Assembly (NCBI GenBank): GCA_036758645.1
Contig: DAIOWG010000001.1
Location: 1-37,881, forward strand
DNA: 37,881 nt
Origin: Dokdonella sp.
Lineage (GTDB): Bacteria > Pseudomonadota > Gammaproteobacteria > Xanthomonadales > Rhodanobacteraceae
Direction: 5' to 3'
Shown: positions 1 through 10,536 of the stretch, one piece after another
How the letters are laid out: each line of letters begins with the position of its first letter
Position numbering within the stretch: the stretch's first letter is position 1
Position numbers and translations under genes: made by a program
Notes under the pieces: generated by a model
The model's database searches: none
What the model saw: the letters and a program-made list of their open reading frames with translations, nothing else
Told to the model about the DNA's origin: nothing

Positions 1-258
1 GAGCGCGAGGTAGGTGTACTTGCGCACGTACGCGATCAGGCCGCGCATCACCGCGCTGTTGAGGATGTTCTCGCCCTGCTTCCATTCCGGAAGCCGGCTG
101 ATGCACAGGTCCCAACTGTCCTTGAGCTGGATGTTGACGCCGCTGCCGGTCTCGCCGCGCGCGACCTTGTCGCTGGCCGAATAGGCGGCGACGAGCTCGG
201 CGCAGACGCGCGCATCGAGCGCGTCCTCGTAGACTTCGACGAAGTCCTGCGTGCTCAT
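1..258 (-). CDS. 5' part of a probable 2OG-Fe(II) oxygenase family protein (runs off the window edge)
   Basis: Own translation from ATG 258: [54 protein letters not shown]..., open to base 1. ATGA overlap with the fbp stop. The N-terminus resembles Xanthomonadales 2OG-Fe(II) oxygenases; catalytic residues lie outside the window. Confidence 0.6.
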   Translation of the reverse strand, partial: MSTQDFVEVYEDALDARVCAELVAAYSASDKVARGETGSGVNIQLKDSWDLCISRLPEWKQGENILNSAVMRGLIAYVRKYTYLAL

Positions 259-1286
259 CCGGCCTGACCCGCCTCGCGGTGGTAGGCGGTCACGCGCTCG
301 ACTTCGTTGCGCGAACCGAGGAAGACCGGCACGCGCTGGTGCAGCTCGGTCGGACGCACGTCGAGGATGCGCTCGAGCCCGGTGGTCGCTGCGCCCCCGG
401 CCTGTTCGACGATCATCGCCATCGGATTCGCCTCGTACATCAGGCGCAGCTTGCCGGGCTTGGAAGGGTCCTTGAGGTCGCGTGGATAGATGAAGATGCC
501 GCCGCGCGTCAGGATGCGGTGCACGTCGGCGACCATCGACGCGACCCAGCGCATGTTGAAGTCGCGCCCGCGCGGGCCGGTACGGCCAGCCAGCAGCTCC
601 TCGATGTAGCGCTTCATCGGCGGCTGCCAGTGGCGGATGTTGGACATGTTGATCGCGAACTCGGAGGTGTCTTCCGGGATGCACAGGTTCGAACCGGTCA
701 GGACGAAGCTGCCCTGCTCGCGGTCGAGCGTGAACATGTGCACGCCATCCCCGAGCGTCAGCACGAGGATCGTGCTCGAGCCGTAGACGGCGTAGCCGGC
801 CGCGACCTGGCGCGAGCCAGGCTGCAGGAATGCCTGCTCGTCGGGGTCGCGCACGCCCTCGGGGCAGCGCAGTACCGAGAAGATGGTGCCGACCGAGATG
901 TTCACGTCGATGTTGGACGAACCATCGAGCGGGTCGAACACGAGCAGGTATTCGCCCTTCGGATAGCGATGCGGGATCGGATGCGGATCGTCCATTTCCT
1001 CGGACGCGAGCGCGGCGAGGTGCCCGCCCCATTCATTCGCCTCGAGCAGGATCTCGTTCGACAGCACGTCGAGCTTCTTCTGCGTCTCCCCCTGCACGTT
1101 CTCGGTGCCGGCGCTGCCGAGCACGCCGCCGAGCGCGCCCTTGCCGACCGCGATCGAGATGCGCTTGCACGCGCGCGCGACGACCTCGATCAGCAGGCGC
1201 AGGTCGCCGTTGATGTGCGCCTTGTCGCGCTGCTCCTCGATCAGGAAGCGCGACAGGGAAACCGGTCTATCGGGCAACGGGGACAT
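255..1286 (-). CDS. fbp: Class 1 fructose-1,6-bisphosphatase
   Basis: Motifs [44 protein letters not shown] and [12 protein letters not shown]. Start moved from 1796 to ATG 1286 ([14 protein letters not shown]). Confidence 0.96.
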   Translation of the reverse strand: MSPLPDRPVSLSRFLIEEQRDKAHINGDLRLLIEVVARACKRISIAVGKGALGGVLGSAGTENVQGETQKKLDVLSNEILLEANEWGGHLAALASEEMDDPHPIPHRYPKGEYLLVFDPLDGSSNIDVNISVGTIFSVLRCPEGVRDPDEQAFLQPGSRQVAAGYAVYGSSTILVLTLGDGVHMFTLDREQGSFVLTGSNLCIPEDTSEFAINMSNIRHWQPPMKRYIEELLAGRTGPRGRDFNMRWVASMVADVHRILTRGGIFIYPRDLKDPSKPGKLRLMYEANPMAMIVEQAGGAATTGLERILDVRPTELHQRVPVFLGSRNEVERVTAYHREAGQAG

Positions 1287-1583
1287 CTGCGCTCCGCGGC
1301 GGCATCGGAAACCGCCATTGTGGTGCGGATCGCGCGCGCGGACCAGTCCGGGGCGCCCGTGCCGCGGGCGCGCTGCCTCGTCGGGCGGTGATGCGGGCGC
1401 GCCGGCACGTCGACGGCCGCATCGGCGCGACCGGCATGCCCGCGACGCGAATGCGAAGCCGCGCAAACCGCAGGATCGTGACAGCGCGCGCCCTGCGCGC
1501 TGCGTACCGTGACTCGTCGGCGTGCAGCGGCGCGCCGGCAACACCTGCGGCGCGCTGCCGCGCATCCAGAATCGAGGAATTCC

Positions 1584-2468
1584 GTGAACCCCTTCCTGCT
1601 TCCTGCGTTCGTCCTCTCGATCGGCATCTCCGTGGCGGCGGCCGCCGCGCCCGTCCCCGCGCCCGAACTCGCCGCCGCCCAGCTGCGCGCGATCAACCAT
1701 CGCTTCGTCGAGGCCAGCATCCACCCCGACAACGCCTACATGGAGGCGCTCGCCGGCGAGGACTTCCTCGCGCTCGCGAGCAGCGGCGCCTGGCACGGGC
1801 GTACCGAGTTCCTAGCCGGCATGCGCGAACCCGCGCGCTACGAGGGCGCGTCCTATTCCGACATCCAGGTGCGGCTTTACGGGCCGGTGGCGATCGTCCA
1901 GGGCGTGTTCGAGGCGCAGCGTGCAGGGTCGCACCCCGCGCGCGTGCGCTATACCGACGTGTACGTCTGGAGCGGCGAGTCCTGGCAGCTGCAGGGCGGC
2001 GCCAACACGCGCCTCAAGGACGGCACGCCGGTGCGGATGCAGACCGCCGCGGTTCCCGATTTCGCGCCGTGGCAGGGCGAGGATCCACAAGGCGACGACG
2101 ATGCGGTCCTGCGCGCGCTCAACGCGAACTACGTGAACGCGTTCCGCGAAGCCGACGTCGCCTGGTACGACGCGCATCTCGCGCCCGACTACAACGTCGT
2201 CTACGGCGATGGTTCCTTCCATGACCGCGCGGGCGCGCTCGCGGATTTCGCGAAGCCGGTGTTCGCCGAGCAGATGCAAGCCTTCCCGGTCGACAACGTG
2301 CGCATCCGCCGCTTCGGCGAGGTCGCGCTCATTTCGGCCGAGAACGCGTACGTGCGCAAGGACGGCCGCAAGGGCGAGAACCGCTACACCGACATCTGGC
2401 TCAAGCAGGACGGCCGCTGGCGCTGCATCCAGGCGCACATCACCGTGCACAAGGCGCCGGCTGCGTAG
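1584..2468 (+). CDS. Exported protein with two tandem NTF2-like/DUF4440 domains
   Basis: GAGGA RBS then GTG 1584; signal-peptide-like N-terminus. Two repeats: [10 protein letters not shown]...[14 protein letters not shown] and [10 protein letters not shown]...[15 protein letters not shown]. Confidence 0.8.
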   Translation: MNPFLLPAFVLSIGISVAAAAAPVPAPELAAAQLRAINHRFVEASIHPDNAYMEALAGEDFLALASSGAWHGRTEFLAGMREPARYEGASYSDIQVRLYGPVAIVQGVFEAQRAGSHPARVRYTDVYVWSGESWQLQGGANTRLKDGTPVRMQTAAVPDFAPWQGEDPQGDDDAVLRALNANYVNAFREADVAWYDAHLAPDYNVVYGDGSFHDRAGALADFAKPVFAEQMQAFPVDNVRIRRFGEVALISAENAYVRKDGRKGENRYTDIWLKQDGRWRCIQAHITVHKAPAA

Positions 2469-2478
2469 ACGGCCCCGA

Positions 2479-3366
2479 TCACGCGAGCAGCCCGTGCAGC
2501 CGGCCGAGGTCGCCGCCGCCGTTCCTGCGGATCTCGGTCGGCGTCGTCCCGAACAACGCGCGGAAGCGCGCACTGAAATGGCTGTGGCTCGAGAACCCGA
2601 GGTCGCTCGCGATCGTCGCGAGGTCCGCCTCGGACGCGAGCAGCCGGCGCAGCGCGAGAGCGAGTCGCAGGCGAAGGAGGTACTGATGGATGGACGTCCC
2701 GGTCGATTCGCGGAACACGCGCGCGAGGTGGTAGGGCGAGGTGCACGCGAGTTCGGCCAGCAGGTGCAGCGACCACTTGCGGTCGGGCGATATCGCGACC
2801 GCTTCCTTCACGCGCTCGATCTGTCGCTGTCGGGCCGCGCCGCGCGGGGTGCCGCGCCGGCGCGCGCAAGCCGCGTCCGACGACTGCAGCACGAGGTCGA
2901 ACAGGCGCATGCCGAACTCTTCCGCGCCGAGCGCGTCCACCTGGTGCAGGGCGAGCCGACGCCAGAACAGGTGCCTCGCGAGCATCACGGACGGCGGCAG
3001 CAGCATGCGCAAGCCGAGCAGCGAGCGCGCGACGCCGCGCCGCGCGTGGCGGCTCGGCAGGCCGGCTTCGAGCGCCTCGGCGGACAAGCGCAGCGTGAGC
3101 GCATGGTCGCCGATCGCAGCCGGGAAACTGATCCGGTACGGCGCGTTTGCCGGAACGAGCACCGCATGGTTCGCGGTCACCACGCGGCGCCGGTTCGGGC
3201 TGTCATGCAATGCGAACACGCCTGAGGTCGGCAGCACCAGCAGGAACTGGTCCTCGTGTTCGACCGGGCCGATCGCATCGTTCGCAGGGCGCACGGTGAG
3301 ATCGCCGATGCGCACGAGCGGACCTTCAAGGAACGTGTGTCGAGTGGTCCTGGGTACGGCAGGCAT
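2479..3366 (-). CDS. AraC family transcriptional regulator
   Basis: C-terminal LAELACTSPYHLARVF...IASDLGFSSHSHFSARFRALFGTTP. Start uncertain (3366 or 3399). Confidence 0.9.
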   Translation of the reverse strand: MPAVPRTTRHTFLEGPLVRIGDLTVRPANDAIGPVEHEDQFLLVLPTSGVFALHDSPNRRRVVTANHAVLVPANAPYRISFPAAIGDHALTLRLSAEALEAGLPSRHARRGVARSLLGLRMLLPPSVMLARHLFWRRLALHQVDALGAEEFGMRLFDLVLQSSDAACARRRGTPRGAARQRQIERVKEAVAISPDRKWSLHLLAELACTSPYHLARVFRESTGTSIHQYLLRLRLALALRRLLASEADLATIASDLGFSSHSHFSARFRALFGTTPTEIRRNGGGDLGRLHGLLA

Positions 3367-3554
3367 CGCGATTCCTCGGGAGCCACGCGCCGCAGGCATG
3401 TTCGCACGTCGTCGCGACCATGCGCCATCGAGCGGTGGCTCGCACGTTCGATCGAGCCCCGCGATCGCGTTGCGTCGCGTAGCGGGATGGGCATTCAACG
3501 TCATTGCGGATTTCAACCACGGCTCGTCGGAGCCTCGAACGGAGTAGCAACTGC

Positions 3555-4944
3555 ATGAGCGTTAACGACAATCGGCGGCCGAACGCGACACGCGCGCGAC
3601 GCCTGGCGCACGGGACCCGCTTCGCCGCGGTGGCATCGGTGTTTTCACTGGTCGCGCACGCGCACCCGGCGCTCGCAGGTGCCATCGTGGTCGGGCGTGG
3701 ACCCGACTGCACCGTCGCGACGATCCGCGCCGCGATCGAGCGCGCCAACGGGTTCGGCGGCTACAACCTGATCCTCGTCACCGATGACGTCGCCAATGGC
3801 GTGCATGCCGAGAACCTGATGCTGCAGGGCCTGCGCGACGACCTCGTGCTCGAGCTCGTAGGTGGCTACGCCGACTGCACCACGCTTGCGCCGACCGCGT
3901 TCGGCAAGGCGAGCCTCTACGGTGGCGCCTCCAACCGCCCGACCGTGCGGCTGCGCGGCCACGTCAACGCGGCGTTCCGGCGATTCTGGATGCAGAGTGG
4001 CACCGGTGAAGACCGCTTCGGTGGAGGTGGAATCGACTTTCGAGGGAGCGGCACTCTCGTGCTCGGTGATGTGCGCGTCGCCGAAAGCAACTCGCTCGAC
4101 AGCTTCGGCGCAGGCATCCACGTCGATGGCCAGAACGGCCTCGCCGTCGTCGAATTCGATGGTGGCGTGGAGGTGACCGATCAGAGTGCGGCTGGGGTCA
4201 GCATCGAGGGCGAAGCGAGCCTGCGGATCAAGGGTGACGGCAACTCGATCCGGCACAATGCGGGCGCCGGGATCTTCGTGAGGGCACCTGCCTTCGCGCA
4301 CGTCGGCGCGACCGGCGCCGTCATCGAAGGCAACGGCGGGACGGGCATCGTCTTCGAAGGCATCGAAGCGCGATCGTCGGCGCCCAACCTGCTCCATTCG
4401 ATCGACGCGGCCAATCCGTTGACGATTGCGGCCAATGGCCACGGAGCCGTGCACCTTTATGCGCATGGCGCGCCCGGCCGAACGGACGTCTGCTTGCGGA
4501 ACGTGCTGATCGAAGGCAATGGCTCTTCGTTCAGTGCGCCTGTGAGCGCCTACGGACGCCAGGCTTACCTCCACTTCAATCCGGAGAACAACGACACCTG
4601 CGGATTTCTCCAGGACGCCGATATCGCCTGCCCCGTCTCCAACGGCTGCAACCGGATCCGCGCGAACCACGCCGGTCCGAACCTGCCATTGATCTCGGCC
4701 GCGCGCGACGCATCGGTCATGCTCGACCGCATGCTGCTCGACGTCAACCAGGCGACATCGATCCTCTCTACCAACCTCGGCAGTGCGGCGAGCACCGCGA
4801 CAATCACGATGACCCGGTCGCTCGTGCGACGTCGATACCACGAACGTGCCGAACCAGCATGGGCCACGCGACCTCGGCGCGTTCGAATCGCAGGCGACCA
4901 CCCTCGAAGCGATCTTCACTGACGGTTTCGATCCGACGCCATGA
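3555..4944 (+). pseudogene. Exported beta-helix/choice-of-anchor-Q-like protein, disrupted near 4827 by a frameshift that is probably an internal deletion
   Basis: GGAG then ATG 3555, a signal peptide and GGGI/GAGI beta-helix repeats. The first frame becomes nonsense after TMTRSLV. The +1 frame from 4828 reads DVDTTNVPNQHGPRDLGAFESQATTLEAIFTDGFDPTP* (stop 4942-4944), matching the tail of the 12635 protein. Confidence 0.75.
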
Positions 4945-4959
4945 CGCCGGCATCGGCAC

Positions 4960-4985
4960 CCTGCTGCCACCAAGGTGTCAGCAGG
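4960..4985. promoter_or_regulatory. 26-bp near-perfect palindrome, candidate YafY/WYL operator
   Basis: CCTGCTGCCACC-AA-GGTGTCAGCAGG, one mismatched pair, 48 bp upstream of the NIPSNAP ATG. No U-tract follows. Confidence 0.55.
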
Positions 4986-5033
4986 ACCGATGCATGCTCC
5001 GGACGTGCGATCGCGCACGCCCGGAGCACGAAC

Positions 5034-5867
5034 ATGCTGCAGTCCGAAGCAGGAGCCGTCCATGCCGACGCGGCAGCCGTTCCCGGTCCCGCGCCGACGC
5101 CGCGAGCGCGCGAGAGGCGTTCGGTGCGGCCATCGGCCCGCGATGCATCGCCCGGCGTGGTGGAGCTGCGCCGATACACGCTGCAGCGTGGCCGGCGCGA
5201 CGCGCTGATCGACCTGTTCGAGCGCGCGTTCGTCGAATCGCAGGAGGCCTGCGGCATGCATCTGCTCGGCCAGTTCCGCGACCTCGACGACGATGATCGT
5301 TTCGTGTGGCTGCGCGGCTTCACCGACATGGACAGCCGCGCGCAGGCCCTCGCGCGCTTCTACGGCGGCCCCGTCTGGCAGGCCCACCGCGCCGCGGCGA
5401 ACGCGACGATGATCGACTCCGACGACGTGCTCCTGCTGCGTCCATTGATCGCAGGAAGCGGGCTCGCCGCGAAGGCAGAGCGTGCCGCGATGGGTCAAGC
5501 TCCGCGCGCATCGGGTCTCGTGACCGCGATGACCTGGCACTTGTCCGCGCCGCTGGATGCGGCGCTCGCCGCGACGATCGCGCGCTCGCTGCTGCCCGCG
5601 CTGCGCGAGGCCGGTGCGCGCGTGCTGGCTACCTACGCGAGCGAGTACGCAGAGAACACGTTCCCGGCCTTGCCGGTGCGCGAGGGTGAACACGTGCTGG
5701 TATGCCTGTGCGCGTTCGCCGATGCGCACCATCATGCGGCTCACCTCGCGCGCCTTCGCCACCAGCGCGGCTGGCGCGACACCGGGCACGCGCTCGAGGG
5801 GCGCATGCGACGCATGCCCGAATTGCTGCGACTCGCGCCGACCCCACGCTCGAGCCTGCGCGGCTGA
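5034..5867 (+). CDS. NIPSNAP family protein (two-domain)
   Basis: VVELRRYTLQRGRRDALIDLFERAFVESQEACGM...FVWLRGFTDMDSR...FYGGPVW...ANATMIDSDDVLLLRP. GGAG lies 7 nt before ATG 5034. Confidence 0.85.
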   Translation: MLQSEAGAVHADAAAVPGPAPTPRARERRSVRPSARDASPGVVELRRYTLQRGRRDALIDLFERAFVESQEACGMHLLGQFRDLDDDDRFVWLRGFTDMDSRAQALARFYGGPVWQAHRAAANATMIDSDDVLLLRPLIAGSGLAAKAERAAMGQAPRASGLVTAMTWHLSAPLDAALAATIARSLLPALREAGARVLATYASEYAENTFPALPVREGEHVLVCLCAFADAHHHAAHLARLRHQRGWRDTGHALEGRMRRMPELLRLAPTPRSSLRG

Positions 5868-5941
5868 GTGCCTTGTTCCCGCGACCGGTGCCTCGACCCA
5901 TGCGCCATGCGCCGCCTGGATGTCCGACGGAGTTCGGGCCC

Positions 5942-6003
5942 GCGGGAGGGACTTCCGCCCCGGGCTCTTCGCGCGAACGCCGCGGGCTGGAACTGCCCGC
6001 CAC
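5942..6003. repeat. Degenerate REP-like element, family GGGAGGGGCTTCAGCCCCGAGCTCTT (copy 1)
   Basis: GCGGGAGGGACTTCCGCCCCGGGCTCTTC at 5942-5970 plus a decayed inverted arm. Similar to 20591-20615 (minus strand) and 33589-33636. Confidence 0.5.
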
Positions 6004-6142
6004 GGGAGCGACGCACGCTGAGTCCGGCGCACGCCTGCGCGGGCATGCACGTCATGCCGATCGGGGCCGACAGCCGGGAATGAAGGTTCCCCCGCACCGA
6101 ATGCGGGTTGCGCGCGACGGTTGCTTCACTTAGAACCACGGG

Positions 6143-6841
6143 ATGCGGCGTGCCGACCGGTTGTTCCTCATCATCCATGCGTTGCGCGGGCGGCGTTCCG
6201 CGTTGCAGGCGCGCGCGCTCGCGGAGACGCTCGCCGTATCGCTGCGCACGGTCTACCGCGACGTCGCCGACCTGCAACGCTCGGGCGTGCCGATCGAGGG
6301 CGAGGCCGGCGTCGGCTACATGCTGCGCAAGGGCTCGGACATCCCGCCGCTGATGTTCAACGCGGACGAGATCGAGGCACTCGTGGTCGGCTCGCGCTTC
6401 GTCAAGGCGTTCGCGGGCAAGCGCCTGAGCCAGGGTGCTCAGGCGGCGCTGCTCAAGATCGAGGCGGTGCTGCCACCGGAGCTGCGCGAGCGCACGCGGC
6501 AGTCGCGCATTTTCGCGCCGGCTGCCTGGTACGAGGTCGAAACCGGCTTGATCGACCGCCTGCACGAGGCGATCTCCGCACGCCAGGTCTTGCGCCTCGA
6601 GTACCGCAACGAATCGGGCGCGGCGAGCCAACGCGAGGTAGAGCCGCTCTGCCTCGCGTTCTGGGGACGCGTGTGGACGCTCGGCGGCTGGTGCCGGCTG
6701 CGTCGCGACTTCCGCAGTTTCCGCCCGGACCGCATCGCCGGCCTCGAGCCGACCGGTGATGTGTTCGTCGAAACCGCCGAGCGCGGGCTCGCGGCCTATC
6801 TCGCCGCGGCCGGCGCACCCGGTCGCGCCGACATGCGCTGA
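6143..6841 (+). CDS. YafY-family HTH-WYL transcriptional regulator
   Basis: MRRADRLF...LAVSLRTVYRDVADL...GEAGVGY HTH_11, and WYL domain REVEPLCL...WTLGGWCRLRRDFRSFRPDRI. Confidence 0.93.
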   Translation: MRRADRLFLIIHALRGRRSALQARALAETLAVSLRTVYRDVADLQRSGVPIEGEAGVGYMLRKGSDIPPLMFNADEIEALVVGSRFVKAFAGKRLSQGAQAALLKIEAVLPPELRERTRQSRIFAPAAWYEVETGLIDRLHEAISARQVLRLEYRNESGAASQREVEPLCLAFWGRVWTLGGWCRLRRDFRSFRPDRIAGLEPTGDVFVETAERGLAAYLAAAGAPGRADMR

Positions 6842-6850
6842 CGCGCGCGC

Positions 6851-8341
6851 TCAGCGCGGCGCGACGGGTTCCACCGCGAACATCACGCGCCCGTCGAACG
6901 GCCTCCCCAGCGGCGTCGCGCGGTAGCCGAGCGCGGCGACGCGGTCGCGGACCGCGGGCCACGCCTGCGCCTTGGCCACGTAGAGCACACCGGTTTCGGT
7001 CGCCGATTCCTCGAGTTCGCGCGACAGCGGTTCGTCGTACTCGGGATTGAAGCGCGGTTGCGGCGGCGCATCCAGCGACAGCTTCTCGATCTCCGCGTCG
7101 AGATGCAGGTGCAGGCCGTAGCGCGCCATGTCCTCGACGAACACGACTTCGCGCACGGGTGCCGTCGCGCGTGCGCGGATCGCATCCGCCCACGCCGAGG
7201 CGTCCTTGTGCGTCGGGAATGCGGCAGCCGCGAGGCGCAGGCCGAGCAGCACCACGACCCAAGCGGCGAGCCACGGCCAGCGCGGCAGCGCATCACCGTC
7301 GGCCGCGCGTCGCATCGCGATCGCGAGCGCGATCGGCATGAACAGCGGCAACAGGTACAGCGGCAGTCGCGAGCGCGCGACGCAGAACACCAGCAGCGGC
7401 AGCAGGATCCACAATGCGACGAGGATCGCGCCGGCGTGCTGCGCGCGCACGTGGCGATCGCGCCACGCACGCGCCTGCGCCGGCAGTGCGCGCGCCCAGC
7501 GCCACAGGCTGCCGGTCCACGGCAACGTCCCGAGCAGCAGCGTCGGCACGTACACCGCGATCCATCCGTACCAGTGTCCGTTGCGCCCGAAGCGATTGGT
7601 CGCGAGACGATCGACCACTTCGGCTCCGAGGAAGTACTGGATCAGGCCTTCGTGCCGCAGCGAAACGACGAGGTACCAGGGCAAGGCCAGCGCGACGAAC
7701 AGCACGACGCCGGCGAGGTGCCAACGTGCGCCGACGGCCGGTGCGCCGGGCACCAACCGGCCGAATGCGACGATCGCGGCCAGCGGCAGCAGCGCCGGCG
7801 GTCCCTTCACCATGAACGCGAGCGCGAACGCGGCCCACATCGCGAGCAGCCAGCCACGGCTCGCGCGCGGCGCGCCGAAGCGGTGTTCGACGAACGCATG
7901 CATCGCGAGCGCCTGCGCGGCCGCGAGCGGAAAGTCGGTCGTGACCAGTTGCGACGCGCCGGCCGGCAACAGCATCGTCAGGTAGACCACCGCGGCAGTC
8001 GATTCGGTGCCCGGTTGCAGGCGCCGCGCGGTGCGCCATGCGAGCCAGCCGCAGGCGAGGAACGACAGCGCGATCGGCAGGCGCGCGGCCCAGGTGTTCT
8101 GGCCGAACGCTTTCACGCTCGCGGCGATCAGCCAGTACGCGACCGGCGGCTTGGTCCAGTGCCCGATGTCCTCGTTGCGCATCGGATCGAGCCAGTTGCC
8201 GCTGTCGAGCATGACGAGCGCGACATTCGTGTAGCGGCCCTCGTCGGGATCCCAGATGCCGCGGCTGCCGAGGAAGCCGAATGCGAGCAGCAGTCCGAGC
8301 ACGGCGAGCAGCCAGCGGCGTCGATCGATCAGTCGGTCCAT
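6851..8341 (-). CDS. ArnT/GT39 (GT83-like) membrane glycosyltransferase
   Basis: IWDPDEGRY, TKPPVAYW, WAARLP and MVKGP motifs, with many transmembrane segments. Confidence 0.9.
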   Translation of the reverse strand: MDRLIDRRRWLLAVLGLLLAFGFLGSRGIWDPDEGRYTNVALVMLDSGNWLDPMRNEDIGHWTKPPVAYWLIAASVKAFGQNTWAARLPIALSFLACGWLAWRTARRLQPGTESTAAVVYLTMLLPAGASQLVTTDFPLAAAQALAMHAFVEHRFGAPRASRGWLLAMWAAFALAFMVKGPPALLPLAAIVAFGRLVPGAPAVGARWHLAGVVLFVALALPWYLVVSLRHEGLIQYFLGAEVVDRLATNRFGRNGHWYGWIAVYVPTLLLGTLPWTGSLWRWARALPAQARAWRDRHVRAQHAGAILVALWILLPLLVFCVARSRLPLYLLPLFMPIALAIAMRRAADGDALPRWPWLAAWVVVLLGLRLAAAAFPTHKDASAWADAIRARATAPVREVVFVEDMARYGLHLHLDAEIEKLSLDAPPQPRFNPEYDEPLSRELEESATETGVLYVAKAQAWPAVRDRVAALGYRATPLGRPFDGRVMFAVEPVAPR

Positions 8342-8356
8342 GGCCTGCTCCGGCGC

Positions 8357-9735
8357 CTAGATGATCGGTGCGGACGTCGGCGGGAACGCAACCTCGACGC
8401 GAAGGCCGCGTCCGCCTTCGGCCGTCGCCAGCACGAGTCGCGCGTGGTGCAGCTGCACCACGCGCGCCACCAGCGACAATCCGAGCCCGCTGCCTTCCGC
8501 GCTCGTGGTGGCCCCGCGCCGGAAGCGCTGCAGCATCGACTCGCGCCGCGCCGGATCGATGCCGGGACCGTTGTCCTCGATGGCAAGCACGCAGCCGTGC
8601 GGCGTGTCGCGCAGTTCGATCGTGATGCGCCCGCCGTGCACGTTGTAGCGGATCGCGTTGTCGAGCAGGTTGCGCAGCAGGCTGCGGATGCCGGGCTCCC
8701 AGCCCTGCACGACGTGCGCGGCGGCATCACGCCGGACCACGATTTCGATGTCGCGGTCGGAAGCCAGCATCCCGACCTGCTGCAGTTCGTAGTCGATGCT
8801 GCGATCGAGATCGACCGGCTGGAGCTGGTCGGGTCGCTCGGCATCCCAACGTGCGAGCTCGAGCATCTGGTTGACGATTCGGGTCAAGCGCGCAAGCCCG
8901 CTGCGCGCCTCGTCGAGCGAGGCGCGCATGCCGTCGCTGGTCGCGGCTGCGCGCGCGTTCTCGAGATGCACCAATGCGCCCGCGAGCGGCGTGCGCAGCT
9001 CGTGCGCCGCGTGCGCGGTGAAGCTGCGCTCCTGCTCCATCGCGGCGGCGAGCCGCGCGAGCAGTGCGTTCAGCGCAGCGACGACCGGCACCATTTCGCC
9101 AGGGAGGTCGTGCAGTCCGACCGGCTCGATGCTGTCGGCCTTGCGCGAGGCGAGCCGGTCGGCCAGATCCTGCAGCGGCTCGAGGCCGCGGCGCACCGCC
9201 CAGCCCACCACCAGCGCGAGGATCGGCAAGCCGAACAGGATCGGCACCAGCGCTTCGGCGACCATCGCGCGCCCGACCTCGCGTCGACTGTCGTAGCGTT
9301 CGCCGACGCGCACCCATTGGCCCTGCTCGTCGAGCAGGGTGAACACGCGCCAGTGGCGCTTGCCGACGTGGATGTCCGCGTAACCGATCGGCGCCGCATC
9401 CAGCGGCACCTCGCGGAAGTTCGTCGTCGCAAGCGCGAGGGTGCTCGAGGAGGTCCAGACCTGCAGGCCGATCTGCGTCTCGTAGCGATGCCCGCGCACC
9501 GCGGGCGGCGCGCCGTAGTCATCCTGCCAGGACGCGATCTCGACCAGTTCGCCGGGCGCGATCGTGCCACCCTGCGCGACCAGTGCGCTGATCGTGCGCG
9601 CACTCTGCGCGAGTCGCGCCTCGAACAGCTCGTCGATCTCCTCCATCGTGAGCAGGTAGCCGAGCGCCGCCAATGGCGCCATGATCGCGGCGAGGCTCGC
9701 GAGCACCAGCCCGATGATGCGCGATCGCAGCGAGG

Positions 9736-9739
<4 letters not shown>
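8357..9739 (-). CDS. Sensor histidine kinase, QseC/PmrB-like
   Basis: Two TM segments, HAMP region, H-box AAHELRTPLA, N-box NLLDNAIRY, G-boxes DNGPGI and GSGLGL. Start ATG 9739 overlaps the response regulator stop. Confidence 0.93.
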
Positions 9740-10404
<665 letters not shown>

Positions 10405-10457
10405 GGTCCGTCGGCCTTCGACGTTGGGGGGCCGTGCATCCATGTTGGCGTGGCCAG

Positions 10458-10474
10458 CTTAGGTGAATCTTAAG
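10458..10474 (-). promoter_or_regulatory. PmrA/QseB-type direct-repeat box
   Basis: Minus strand CTTAAG-ATTCA-CCTAAG, matching the CTTAAG-N5-CTTAAG PmrA-type consensus. It is an AT-rich island 53 bp upstream of the response regulator ATG. Confidence 0.7.
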
Positions 10475-10536
10475 ACGGGTGCCGCGTGGCCGGATCGATG
10501 CGATGATCGCGTCTCCTGCCGACCCATGGGTACGCG

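Noticed and set aside
1287..1583. Structured ncRNA in the fbp upstream spacer (also 12301-12634)
   Set aside because: Only generic GC-rich pairing is visible, with no recognisable riboswitch or sRNA motif. An Infernal/Rfam scan would be needed.
4815..4835. Programmed ribosomal frameshift in the 3555 gene
   Set aside because: There is no slippery sequence or homopolymer, and part of the expected domain appears to be missing.
5051..5208. AGGAG followed by ATG 5062 as the NIPSNAP start or a separate ORF
   Set aside because: It is out of frame with the NIPSNAP domain and gives a short Arg-rich peptide. In-frame ATG 5034 has its own GGAG.
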